Assembly (NCBI GenBank): GCA_003971905.1
Contig: RSEE01000026.1
Span: forward strand, 310,001 to 374,000
DNA length: 64,000 nucleotides
Direction of reading: 5' to 3'
Source: Moniliella sp. 'wahieum'
Lineage: Eukaryota
Positions 26,213-38,143 of this stretch are shown in pieces; position 1 is the stretch's first letter, and each line of letters starts with the position of its first letter. The translations under genes and the position numbers were made by a program. The notes under the pieces were generated by a model, which saw nothing but the letters and a program-made list of their open reading frames with translations, was not told the DNA's origin and did not search any database.

Positions 26213-27771
26213 ATGAACTGGGACCTGGATAGCATTGGGAACAAGCTCTCCAACCTGACTGTGTACGATGTCAAGTCCATCTACCGTCAGGCGCGCAACT
26301 ACGCCTTGAACGTCTCGGAGATCGAGGCCAAGGTTGACGAGGCGACCAACTCGGACCCATGGGGTGCTTCCACCACGCTGATGTACGAGATTGCCCAAGC
26401 AACCCACAACTATGCCGACTTTGGTGAGATCATGCAAGCCATCTTCCGCCGCTTCATGGAAAAGGAAGCACACGAATGGCGCGAAATTTACAAGGTGCGC
26501 ACACTCTTGCCCCTTCGTTTGACCCGCTTGCTCAACTAACTGGCGCTCCCTTTGCTTAGGCACTGGTCCTTCTTGAGTACCTGGTGAAAAATGGGGCCGA
26601 ACGGGTCGTGGACGATGCGCGGATGCACATCTCTACGATCAAGATCCTCCGCAACTTCCACTACGTTGAGCCGGACACGGCGAAGGATGTGGGTGTCAAC
26701 GTCCGCACCCGCGCAGCCGAGCTGGCCGACCTACTGGGGGATGTGGACCGGATCCGCGCCGAACGGCGCAAAGCCCGTGCCAACCGGACCAAGTTTGCAG
26801 GAGGAGGTGGCGGCGGTGACTTTGTTCCTGGCTCGGGTGCCGGTCGGTTCGCTGGGTTTTCATCCGATCAATACTTTGGCTCGGGTGGCTTTTCGGGCGG
26901 CCAGACCTCCGCCTCGGGGGGGAGATGCAAGCGCGTCTTCGTACGATGCCGAGTACGACGAGTACGACGCCGGAGCGGATGAGCGGCCTGCTCCGCGCTC
27001 CGCTGGCCGTGCGCCGGCACGGCAAACCAGTTCCTCCACTGCTGCCGACCAACCTGCCGCTGCTACCCCGGCACCGCAGCAGCCGGCTCCTGCGGTTGCA
27101 GACCTTTTGGACTGGGATGACAGTGATGATGATAAGCCGTTGCGCCCGGCGCCTACTGTGTCCCTGTCGACGCCTGCGCCCGCTCCTGCCGCTGCCGCTT
27201 CCCCTGTCCCGGCTCAGACAGCGAGCAGCGGAAAGGGCAAGGCTGTGAGCCCGCTGGATGACTTTGGCGATTTCGGGGACTTTACCTCCTCGACGCCAGC
27301 CGCTGCAGCACCGTCTGTGGGCGCTCCGTCCCTACCCCGGTGGCAGTAGCGTCTCCTGTGCCGACGCCAGCGGCGGCGCCGTCGCCCAGCCCAGCGCCCG
27401 CGCCGCGCGTGCGCCCGCGCAGCCAGCCAAGGCCAATGCCGCCATGTTTGACTTTTTGGCGCCGAGCCAGAGTGGAGGTCGGACAACGGGCCCAGGGGCC
27501 GGAATCGGGGCGGGACGGAGTGGATCGTTTGCTTCCTCCTCTTCCTCTCTGGCCGGAACAGGTGGTTCGCAAGTGTCGACCCCGGGAGCGAAGACTGCGA
27601 GCTCGGGTGGATTTGATGACCTCTGGGCTGCCGCCGGCCCTAAAACGGCGCCGGTCTCCAAGCGCCAAGACGATGGCCGAGTTGGCGGCGACCAAGTCGG
27701 CCAATGCGGTGTGGGGAGGAAACGCATCCCAGGGAAGCACTAAGGCTAAGGACGTGTTCGACCTGCTCTAG
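26213..27771 (+). CDS. ENT3: ENTH-domain epsin-related protein (Ent3/epsinR type)
   Basis: LTVYDVK..ARNYALNVSEIEAKVDEATNSDPWGAS, EWREIYK|ALVLLEYLVKNG (intron about 26495-26560), DLLDW and DDFGDFGDF motifs, C-terminal FDLL. Confidence 0.9.
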
Positions 27772-28759
27772 GGAGTGCAACGTCGCTTCGCGCGCGCTCT
27801 AGAGCGTGGGAAGTCTATACTGGGACGCAAGGCGGGATGGCTGGCTGGGCCGCAGGCTGAAGGCGTGGCTGAGGGGAGGGAGTCTCGCGGCTTCTCTGTA
27901 GAATCTGTTGAGCATGCTGGCCAATGCGATGGGATGTGCACGAGCAGCGTGGGCCAAGGAGCCGTGATGTAGGTACATGGTAGGTAGTACGCAGGCAAGA
28001 GCTCCAGCTTTCTCGAGCGCTTAGGCTTGAGCCCCTCGATCTTGAAGCGAAGCTTGAGCTTCTAGCATCGGAGATGAGGCCGTCAGGCACCATAACCTCC
28101 TGGCTTCCCTTTCTCTCAAGCGCGTGTTGCTATTGACAGGCTCCCAGCCAGGGGCAGTCACTAGTCAGGCCTCAGGGTGCGTGGTTGGAGACTGCTGCTG
28201 CTGCTGTGCAGCCTCTGTGGGGGAGGCGCCGCAATAGCACTGGCGTTCTGTGGGTGGGAGGCGCCACACCGGCACTGGCGCCGTGCTGGGAGAGAGAGTA
28301 GGGTTGGGTGCGTCGGTGTCTGTAGCATCGTCCTGATCGATTATATACTTGTCGGAGCGGTGCGGCGGATAAGGCTGAGACGGCGAGGACATATATAACA
28401 CCAACAGCAGCCGCAGAAGCCAGGGCGAGCGCAGGGCAGGGCATTCGATCGTCTGTTGCTCTGCCTGCCCGCCTGCCGTAGGAGAGCATATATGATGAAT
28501 GCTCAGTCATCAGTCCGCTCTGCTAACAAAAGAGGGGCACATGCCACTAACAAGAAGAGCCCGTATACAGGCAGCCGCCCTGTCTCCCCCGCCCCCCGCA
28601 CCGAGTCCACCGGATGGCATGCATGCAGGCTGTGTTCCAGCCCCATTCCTCCCATCCCACCCACGCCCATCCCCCCTCCTCTCCCCGCCACCGTCCTCCG
28701 CCCTCCTCCTGCCTTTGCTCCTGCCCCCCCCCTTCTCCGGTCCCACCGCGCCGCATAGT

Positions 28760-30247
28760 ATGTCTGCGTCCATCACCCGTACTACAAATCGGTCCCAGCA
28801 GCGTCTCCTTCGTATCGCGTGTGCTGTTGCCGTCACCCCTTCTTGCCTCTGGCCACAGCCGCCCCGCGCTTTGGCGCACAAACGCCTGCCTCTCCCCTCC
28901 TGGTCCGCGATGCGTCCACACTCATGTCTGGCGGCACCAACAATGAGGGCGAGAATCACGGCCCTGTGTCGGTACCGTCCGGCGCCAACCTCACCAGCTT
29001 GCCAGTGGGAACCAGCGGGGACGAAGTTGCTGTCTTTGGTCCACCCTCCTCCAACCATCTCGCCGAACAAGCATTTGTGATGATCCACGGCCGCTACCGT
29101 AACGGCAACCAGTATTGGCAAACCATGGAAAACGCCTTGGTAGCAGCCGTCAATGCCAGCTACCCTGGCGCCAGCGCTACCTCCATTGTCACTGCGCCGG
29201 AATATTACTCTACCATCTTCAACTCTGGCGAGTACACTAACAATCAGCTTGCTTGGGGCGATGTAAATGCCTGGCAAGCAGGCGAGATCGCAACTCATCC
29301 GAACGGCACCAAATCGTCCGCATTTGACGTGCTGGATGCCTTTGTCTCTGAGTTCAACAACCGGACGAAATACCCTGCCATGAAGAACATTACTCTTGTC
29401 GGCCATGGCGGAGGCGGTCAGTTGATGCAACGATATGCGATCATTGGGAACGACCCACCGGCCAATGGCGTACATGTCCGATACATTTACGGCGATCCAT
29501 CGTCTTGTGTATACTTTACCCAGGACCGGCCCCAAGTGGATCCGTCGATTGCCAACAAGACCAGTTGCCCCTGGTATGACTATTGGCGGCGGTACGGGTT
29601 TACCAATTTTACCGACGTGATGCCTCAGGGAGGCGACAAGACGCCGATCGAATACTTTGCTCAGTACGCTAAGCGCGATGTGGTCTCCCTCATCGGGCTG
29701 GAGGACGTGAACAATTCGGGCGATCAATACTGTATGGCCAAGCTGCAGGGCGGGGACAAGCGTCGGGACCGAAATTTGGCCTACTGGAAGTACAAACACC
29801 TTAGCCCGCACCAACTTTGACATGACTGGCTTCAATGCAACCTTTGACGACCTGCCCGACTGGAGTAATGTGACGGACCACACCATTGGCCATCGGCTTA
29901 TTGTGATTGAGCAAGCGGACCATAACGCAACCGAGGTGTTTGGATCGGACGAGGGACGTGCAGCACTCTTCTCCAACTCGACCCTTCCAACCGGCTGGCG
30001 GCCAGCGGGGTGGAACCCAAATGGAACCAGCACCTCTCCTTCCCCTTCTCCCGCTTCATCTTCTTCCTCCTCCACCTTAGGAAAATCTGCTGCCAAACCT
30101 GTTCGCTCTTCGCCTCATCTAGTAGCCCTGGCCACCCTCTTCTCGACTATTGGGGGTCAGTCTCATTTTGGCCTAACTCGCCCCCTTCGTCCGTGTGTTG
30201 TGACGGGAACAATCGCTTTGCCCCCACACGACGGCTCTCTACCATAA
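28760..30247 (+). CDS. Secreted, possibly GPI-anchored alpha/beta-hydrolase-fold protein (ends approximate)
   Basis: FVMIHG, SAFDVLD, ITLVGHGGGGQLMQRYA elbow, DPSSCVYF, QGG..RRDR, HNATEVF; many N-x-S/T sites; Ser-rich then hydrophobic C-terminus. Confidence 0.65.
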
Positions 30248-31107
30248 CTTGAGTCCGTTACATTACCGTGAGTGAGCACTCTACCTGCAAGTGATGCGTG
30301 TCAACGAACACACAGTCCAGAATCGTTTTCTCTTTTTCTATCCTGCCACTTTTTTCTCTTTCTTGTTCTATGAAAGTCATATCGACTGTTCTGCTGGGAT
30401 TCAACGCGCAACACACCACATACCCACATTTTTGTTTACAATGGATCTTCTCCGGAATGAAATCTCGAGCTCGCCAGCGATGTAAACAATCTGATGAGGG
30501 AGAGGGACGAGTAAGTATATTAGTAGCTGTATTGTTTCGTCTCCAAAATTCCTCCGAACAAAACGCGCCATAGCTCTCTTGGAATAAGAAGACAGTGCTT
30601 AATGTGACGGGCCAAAACGGGAGGGCGACGCCGACTGAGCCACGATCGACCATCAATCTCATCATACATTGTGCTGATGGCGCTCTGACGAATCGATGAA
30701 AAGGCCCCAGGCGGTTCGCTCAGGCTCTGTACTTCGGGTCGTGGACAGCGTCACTGGGTCTCGTCCCTCCACGGCTTTTGGTGTATACTAAACCTCTCAG
30801 AATTCAGTTTGCATGGTCACTAGGTTCTCACTGCATCTCTTCCTACCATGTAGCTACCCCCAACTCGCGCGAGAAATGGACACGTCCATAATCTCTTTTC
30901 CCTCATTTCGTCTCCCTGCCAGTTGGCCCCGACGCCAAGCACGATGGCGAGCCATGTCTACAAGATCCGGCCACGGATGCTACAACTTCTATCGCCAGGC
31001 CGACTCAGGAACCTTAATGGACGTTGGAAGAGAAGGAGGATGGTTAAGACATGTTGTAGCCATAGCAGTTCGGCTCCTCACAGAGCCTTTTGAGATCGAC
31101 CCGACGC

Positions 31108-33782
31108 TCAGGCCGCTATCTGGCCCGGGAAACCGCGGGTGAACTGGTTACGGTTTCGCGTGCCGCGTCCCCGCGGGGCCGGACCACCCCGCCGACGGCG
31201 CTCGCCCACGCCCGCAGTCTCGGGCGCAGCACCGCCCGTGGCCTGAGCACCGCGCTGCAGTTCGGTAGAAAGCGTCTTCTCGTTGGTTTCCAGCAGCGCC
31301 GCCGCCTTGTCGGCCAAAGCCGAAGCGAGGGGGTGCAGACGTGGGTGTGCTGCCCCCGAGCAGAAGAGCCAGAGGGCAAAGTGAAGCGAACGACATTGTC
31401 CACCGCATCCAGCCTGGCCGACGGAAGCTCGTCCGACCAAATCATCTTGCTCACCAGCGCACGCGCCTTGCCCAGAGGAATGCCAAACTGCGTTGCGAGC
31501 GAGACGAGGGAGAGAGTCTCGTAGTGCGCGGCGTAGGAGAAGAACCAAGTGCGAATGCCGGCGGCCTGAATGTGCGCATCCAGTTTGGCCAACACCTTCT
31601 CCTGGTCGGGCAGCAACAACGACCAAATCGTGATTTCCCGGATCAGTTGCGTTGAGCCGGCCCAGTCCCCACCCTGCAGGGCCCGCGACGCGGCAATCAC
31701 ATGGTCCCGCATGTTCTCGGGCGGGCCAGAAAACACCTGCCGGTCGGCATAGTCGAGCATCCGTCGGAGTGGACGAGAGATAACCCTGCGCCGGGCCGCT
31801 TCGGGGTCCATGCTGGCCGAGGCACGCGCCAGGTGGGGGATCTCGAGGAGCATACTCGCGGTGAGGTACATCGCCTCGAGCAATTCGAGGTTGATGTGCA
31901 GGTGGAACGGCACGGCCAGCCGCTTCTCCGCCGCCTCTTGTTCCGGGGAAAGCTGGTTGCGCTCCGAAGCCCGTTGCGCACCTTGAGCCAACAACTCCCG
32001 CGCCCGGCCATGCGCAAAGAGTTCCTGCAGCCGCCTGGGCGTCTTTCACCGCTCCAGCACGGAAGGCCGCCGCACCCAGCTGCGCAACGGCACGGTTGTA
32101 CAGGATCTGGGTTGCAGCATCGGCACGGTGGATGGCTTCTTGAAGGTGGCTCATGAGGAACAGGTCGCGCGCCGTGGTAACGCCCGTGAAGAGCAACATG
32201 GTATACTTGGCAAAGCATCGAACGCGTCTTGATCCGCTCGGCATCGATGGCCTGGCTAGCATACAGGCGGGTACAGAGCGCGCGCACCAGCGCACTCGAT
32301 CCGTTCGGCGCCGCAATCACCTCCGGAGCCGGAGTGACCTTGGAGACAAACGGCGCCGCCGAGGTATACGTATCGGCAACCGCGCGCTCAAGCGCTTGAG
32401 TAATGGGCTCCTGCTTCGCATATACGTGTTCAAGACGACGGGCCAACACACGCTCCACCGCCACGCCCTGCTCACGCAGCTCAAAGTACAGTTGCGAGCG
32501 AAGGATAATGGCGTAAAGCCGCTTCTCATCGGCTAGACGCTCGACATACTCGGGTGTATGCGGGTCAATGGCACGAAGAGAGGCATTGAACTCGTCGTCC
32601 AGGCGCTCCACAAACGAGACGAGGTTCCCGCGCACCGCCACAACAGGACCTTCCCCGTTCACGTTGGGCTTGCGGTCTTCCTCCTCGTCGTACTCAGGGG
32701 TCTGATCCGAGATGACGTAGCTCGGGTCAGCGGAAAGAATCTCAAGCAGAGTGAGCAAGTCCTTGCGAGCAGCCCCCACCGGTCCACAGGCAGATACGCA
32801 TGGTTCGTGCTGTTATAGTCGAATCGGATAGCCAAGAGCGCCATCTGAACACGGATCTTCTGGTAGAACCCGAAGCCACCTCCGCCAAAGCCTCTAGGGT
32901 GGCAATCTGACCAATGCGGTCGGTCGTCTTGCGTCCACGAGCCTCCATGATGGCGGCCATGGTCTTGAACAGGCCCTCAGACGAGATGGTTGTCGTCTTC
33001 CCCCCACGACCGACGGTCTCAAACCCATCCTCCGCCACCTGCTGGACAGGCTCCAGTACCGGAGCGCCAAAGCGAACGCCAATGGCACCGGCCGGACGAG
33101 GGGTAGGCGCCACGGGAGGAGGCGGGGCCTCCGTCTCAGCAATGGCCGCCTCGGCCTTGGCCACAAACGCATCCGGGTCCTCGCGGAAGGCAGAAACCTC
33201 CTTTTCGTGCTCACGGACCATCTTGCGGAGCTTCTGAGAGACCGTGTTGAGGGCACGAGCGTTGATGGCGTTCATCTGCTTCTTGGGCTTGGCTTCGGTC
33301 GCGAGCGAGTCGAGCTCAGCAAGGGTGCGGATAAAGATCGGCCCCACGGGTTCACCCAGGCTGCGTTGCCGGTCCGCCAGGCGAACAATCTCGTCCCACC
33401 CGCGCGAGATGGACGCCCAATCGTTGATCCGCCGAGCATTGTTCAGGCTGCCCGCAGCAGCAACCAACTCCTCAGCACGCTTCTGACGGGCAGACTTGAC
33501 GACCTTAGGCGCATCCGAGTCCGAGTCAGAGTCCGAGTCGTCACCGCCACGAAGGAAACGGTTCTTCTTGGCCGCACCGCCATCCTCGTCGCTGGACAAG
33601 TCCTCGTCCGAATCCTCGTCCGAGTCCGAGTCCGAATCATCGTCCGAATCCGAACGCATAAAGGCATTTTTCTTCTGGGTCGGCTTGGGCGCCTCGTCCT
33701 CCGAAGAGGAGAGCAGCGACTCCTCGTCCGAGTCGGACGACGAGCTCTCGCTGTCGCTGTTGACGCGGCGGAAGAAGGACAT
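31108..33782 (-). CDS. NIP1: Translation initiation factor eIF3 subunit c
   Basis: MSFFRR plus acidic Ser/Asp N-terminus, [71 protein letters not shown]. Confidence 0.95.
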
Positions 33783-34373
33783 GGTGGTGGAGAAGGCGGT
33801 CGTTGGCGGCGGGCCGGCCGACGGAGGCTGCGGCACCCCGCAGCCAACACTGGTCCTCTGCCTGCTTGGCGACATGGGAGCAGAAAAAATTGGCACTGCA
33901 CACGCGCTCTGTTTACGTCAGCGGCATTCCTTCTCTCTTTCCGGGTTGTCCGCTGGCGGGGAGGCCGCGGCGGGGCAGCACTTGAGGGCGTGCACCACCC
34001 TCTTGTGTCATGCGGCGGTTCTCGTCAGGACTAATAGTACACGCCGGCCCACTAGCCCAGCTCACACAGATGGACTGGCGTATAAAATAGCCATAGAAGC
34101 ACTCAGGGATGATCTACCCACTAAGCTGCCACTGCCTGAGGTACAAAGCGGCAATACAGGGCGAGGGGGGGGGCATGTGCGCAAGGGCAGGCCCAACAAT
34201 AATTAACAGAGAATATTCAGGTTGGTCCTGCTTTCGTGAGGGGTATAGCGGTAACGTAGACGTACGGTGGTCGTTGGTGGGCGTCAGGCGCCAAAGCGCA
34301 GGACATGTTGGGGAAAGGAAAAGAGAAACGAAACGAAATGTTGACAGGTGAAAAGGGAAACAGGAAAAGTTCT

Positions 34374-35883
34374 TTAGTGCACGGGAAGGATGGGATTCAG
34401 TGGTTCCCGCCTGACGGATTCCAGCAAGGCATCAATCTCCTCAAAGTTCTCGTCATTCTGTGCGAAACGGAGATGACGGCGGGAGACGGCATGGTCTTCC
34501 AATCCTCAAACTTGGTCCGGCAGTTCTCACAGTACCCGGGCTTCTTGTCTTTGGTGCGACGGCGTCGTGAACCAACAGGGGTACCGGCCGTGCGGAGAGC
34601 CATAAACTCGCGCACGGCACTACGGGCGCCGATGGCGGGGAAGGTGGTGTGAAAGTAGGCCGGCGCTGGAGGGCGGCAAGGCGTGGATCGGATGCCGTTT
34701 GCTTCATCCACGGAACAGGGTCGGTGTTCACGGCGGTGGAGGTGGTGCGGGTGCTGGTGAGGGCGCAACGCCCGATGCAGCCGAGGCATTCAGCTCCACC
34801 CCATTAGTCCAAACCGAAGGAGGGGTGAGTTCCCCATGGTCGGAGCGGGGAGAGGCACTGGCTACCAGCCCCCTGCCACAGCATCGGATGTTTTCCCCTC
34901 GTCCACATGCTTGACTGGTCCTTGCCAAGTTCAATGGCCTCGGCGTGGTCGAGAACGACGCGAAGTGAACGCCACGCATTCGGCGACGGTTCTTGACGCC
35001 GTCGCGAAGATGGTGCAGCAAACGGGCATCGTCCCTCCCCGTCATTGTACAGACAGGCCAAGGTGCCAGCTCACCCTCTTTGGGTAAGCAAACATCTCGA
35101 GGTAGATGGGACGGCACGCTTGCGTCGCGTCCTCCACCAAGAGAGTAGCATAGCTGGATCTAGTGGAGCATACACTCCTGCCAACACGTACTGCCCCGAC
35201 TGGGCATCCCACGCAAACTCGTACCCGTTCGCTTGGGCCAAAGTCGTTGCACCGCAGTGCTCGTCTCTGTTGGTGACGGCGGAAGTACGGGCCGAGACCG
35301 ATGCAGAAAGCTTGTCCGCGGCGAGGAGGGTGTGAAGATCGGTTGGATCCGCGGCAGCGGTTGTACCCACAGCCGGATCGCTGGCACCATCAAAACATTC
35401 AGGATTTTAAGTAGTTCTGGAGCAGATGGTTTTCGTCAGCGCTGCGGGCCCTAGGCACTAGCAGAATGCTCATCAGTAGTGGAAAATGGCAGGAAAGGGA
35501 CAGGAACTGGACGTACTGTCTCGCCCCCAGATGGATGTTCATGCGGGTTGCTTGGGCCACGAGGTCGTCTTTTTGTCATCCGGGGGGGTTGGGCGGTTTT
35601 GGCAGTGCCGGCATCCAGGCGGGCACGGTTGATGTCGGTATAGGAAAGGGGCTTGGTGTCGGAGCGCTTGCGGGCAGTGGAGGGGCCGGCGACGACGAGG
35701 TGGGTGCATTGTTGGCTGAAGCAAGGTTCGACGCGTGCGCCATGAGTGGCAATGCGCTGAGTGAGGCGAGCATGCGTCTGGGTCGACGCCGTCAAGGAAG
35801 AAGGTGTATGCGGGGAACACGCGGCGGTACTTGCTGCGGTACGAGTCAAGCTCGGCGCGCATGTCGCGCTCGCGGACAGGCAT
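34374..35883 (-). CDS. DBF4: DDK regulatory subunit Dbf4/Dfp1
   Basis: N-terminal BRCT-like SKYRRVFPAYTFFLDG..HGARVEPCFS..CTHLVV; C-terminal zinc finger KKPGYCENCRTKFED..H...RH..FAQNDENFEEID (across a frameshift). Confidence 0.85.
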
Positions 35884-36950
35884 GATGGGTAGGTGGGGGG
35901 GGGGGGGGGAGGGGGGAGGGGAGTGGAAGTGGAGAAGAGAGTCCGAGCGGGCGTGAGAGGAGAGAGGGGGGGTGGGGGGAGAGAACAGCAGTGGGGCTGA
36001 GTGTGGAGCGTGGAAGCGGGAGTGGGAGTGGGAATAGGCTTGGGAACAGGAGCGGGGTCTGCCGGACGTAAGCGCCGCCAGTGTGGGCGCCCGCAGCCCG
36101 CCTTCAACATTCAACCACCGCCCAAGCCAGCCCACCGAGGTGGGTGGGTTTCGTGCGGCGCAGCAGGGCTGCTTGCGATTGGCTTTTGATTAGCGCCCGC
36201 ATCGCTTACTGCGGATGCCCTGAGCAGGGGGGAGGCCGGCGAGGCGTACAAGCGATGCCTGCCTGAACATAATTAGCCCCTGGATCCGCTCCATCATCCA
36301 TCAGCGCCGCGGTCGGCCACCCCCGCTTTGGCTGTTTCCTGTGTGCAGCCCTGGCTCTCTCTTCCGCACTCGCACCAGCAGGAGCCTACCGAGTCTCGTT
36401 TCATAGACAGCAGAAGAATGGCCCTTACGGCAAAAGACGTAATGCGGCGGCAGGATACTACGTTCCATTCCTCCTATGCCCACGCCGCGTGCAGCTCGGT
36501 ATGGCGCAAGTGTGCCCCGCCTCCTCCGTACGCGTGACTGCCACTCTCTCACTCGGTTCCTGCTGCCTGCGCACTGCTGCCCACAGCCCCGCGGGCATCC
36601 GCACTTCTGGTGTGTTGAGGGTAGGTTGTGCGTCTGAGCTTGGGGCTCCTGAGGCCTCACTCAGGTGAACGCGACAGAGATGGAGTGTGTGAAATGGCGT
36701 GCCCCTAACACCCCTGTTTGCTGCAGATTTTCCCAGGCACTCACTCGACACTCCAACCGACGCTCACATGCTCACACGCAGCTCGTGTGGCAGTTCCCCT
36801 CCCGCGCCATCAGCGCCTCAGCCCACTGTCTCCAGGGAACGTATTCCGTCATGCGTCGCAGCCATCATTAATTGTTCGGCATCATATCACAGTGTGCTCC
36901 ACCTCGTCCGAACATGGTTTGGTGGGAGCTTGTTTGACACCAAACCAACA

Positions 36951-37055
36951 GACACTTTAGGGCAGTGGTTACCCCGTTCGCTGCATATGAAGCACCTTGC
37001 TACAAGGGCCAGCGAATCCTCTCTGAGGGCGTGAGTTCGAATCTCACAGGTGTCG
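36951..37055 (+). tRNA. Intron-containing tRNA with a Ser-type body (probably Ser-GCT; anticodon ambiguous as written)
   Basis: Acceptor GACACTT/AGGTGTC with discriminator G; D-stem GGG/CCC; anticodon stem TTCGC/GCGAA; long variable arm; T-arm GTGAG-TTCGAAT-CTCAC; T7 terminator at 37057-37063. Confidence 0.85.
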
Positions 37056-37316
37056 ATTTTTTTACCGGTCGATCAAACGAAGTTAATTTGTTTCAACATT
37101 GCACCGCGGGGAGACAGTGAGTACTGAGTAATGAAAGGCGTTCGAACCGAGGGCGCGACGCGTGCTGAGGACGATTACGTCATCCCACCCCGCCCCCTCC
37201 TTGCACACTCCCCCAATTTGCGCGACGACAACCACCACCATGCCAGTTGGTCAGGACAGGACAGGAAATGTTCCCCGAGGGGGAAAGCACCAGCTCGCAC
37301 GACAAGACCGCCTGGC

Positions 37317-37895
37317 ATGAGTTTTCACAACGAGGAAATGTACCAGCAAGGCCAAGCTGGAAGTGAGCACCCACCCCCAGCCCAGCGCCGGCACCTGCGC
37401 CTGCAACCGGCGCTGGGTCCCTACCAGCCTCGGATGCCGAGGCTGCCGCCACCGCGGCGGCTCAGGCGGCTGTTGCAGCTCAGGGCCCCATGCTGCGGCC
37501 GCTGCCCAGGCGGCCGCTGCATTCGCTGCTCCCGAGGGGAGAAGCGCCGGAGTGGGCCAAAGCGACCACTGGAGGGTCGAAGCGTGCGGCGCAAAAAACC
37601 GTCGAGCTCAAGCTGCGTTCGGCAACGCCGTGATATCAAGTTGCGGGAACTTTCGGAGCAGGTTGCCCAGCTGCCAGACACCCAGAACATGCATTCATTC
37701 TTGCTCAGCGCATTGATGAAACCCAGGAGATGGTCGCCCAGTCAAGTCCGAGCAAGAGTCATTACGCCCACGCTGTACTGGCGTTGGGCGGGGCTCCTCC
37801 CCCTGAAACGCCTCTTCCCGAGTTCTGGATGCCAACCTCATCCTATCCGCTCACCAAGGGATCGGCCACGTAGAGGCACCCACCTCTGCGGATGA
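37317..37895 (+). CDS. Hypothetical small protein (Ala/Gln-rich, possible coiled coil)
   Basis: MSFHNEEMYQQG start, Ala-rich helix and LRELSEQVAQL segment spread across shifting frames; no family recognised. Confidence 0.3.
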   Translation: MSFHNEEMYQQGQAGSEHPPPAQRRHLRLQPALGPYQPRMPRLPPPRRLRRLLQLRAPCCGRCPGGRCIRCSRGEKRRSGPKRPLEGRSVRRKKPSSSSCVRQRRDIKLRELSEQVAQLPDTQNMHSFLLSALMKPRRWSPSQVRARVITPTLYWRWAGLLPLKRLFPSSGCQPHPIRSPRDRPRRGTHLCG

Positions 37896-38143
37896 TACGG
37901 AGAGAAAGGCTTTGCAGGGGTTGATGGATGCGGCGATTGCGGCGCCCAGAGCGAGGTGAGCAAGACGACTGATGGAGCCGCTACGCCTCCACCCGCCTGA
38001 GATCTGAGCCACATCTGATTCATTTTTGTTACACTATTTAGCTTGTATTGGAATGCTATAGGAGGCGAAGTAGGTTGCAAACTTGTTAGAGCAAAGAAGC
38101 GCAATCGTAAGGGGCAGTATATGCTGCAAACATAGTCATCTCG

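Noticed and set aside
28510..30096. 528-aa minus-strand ORF
   Set aside because: Antisense shadow of the plus-strand hydrolase-like gene; long shadow ORFs are common at this GC content
35890..35980. G-tract as a G-quadruplex or telomeric element
   Set aside because: It is the complement of a C/CT-rich 5' leader of DBF4; similar pyrimidine-rich leaders precede many genes here
36951..37055. Selenocysteine tRNA
   Set aside because: Canonical 7/5 acceptor/T-stem, short D-stem and no TCA anticodon
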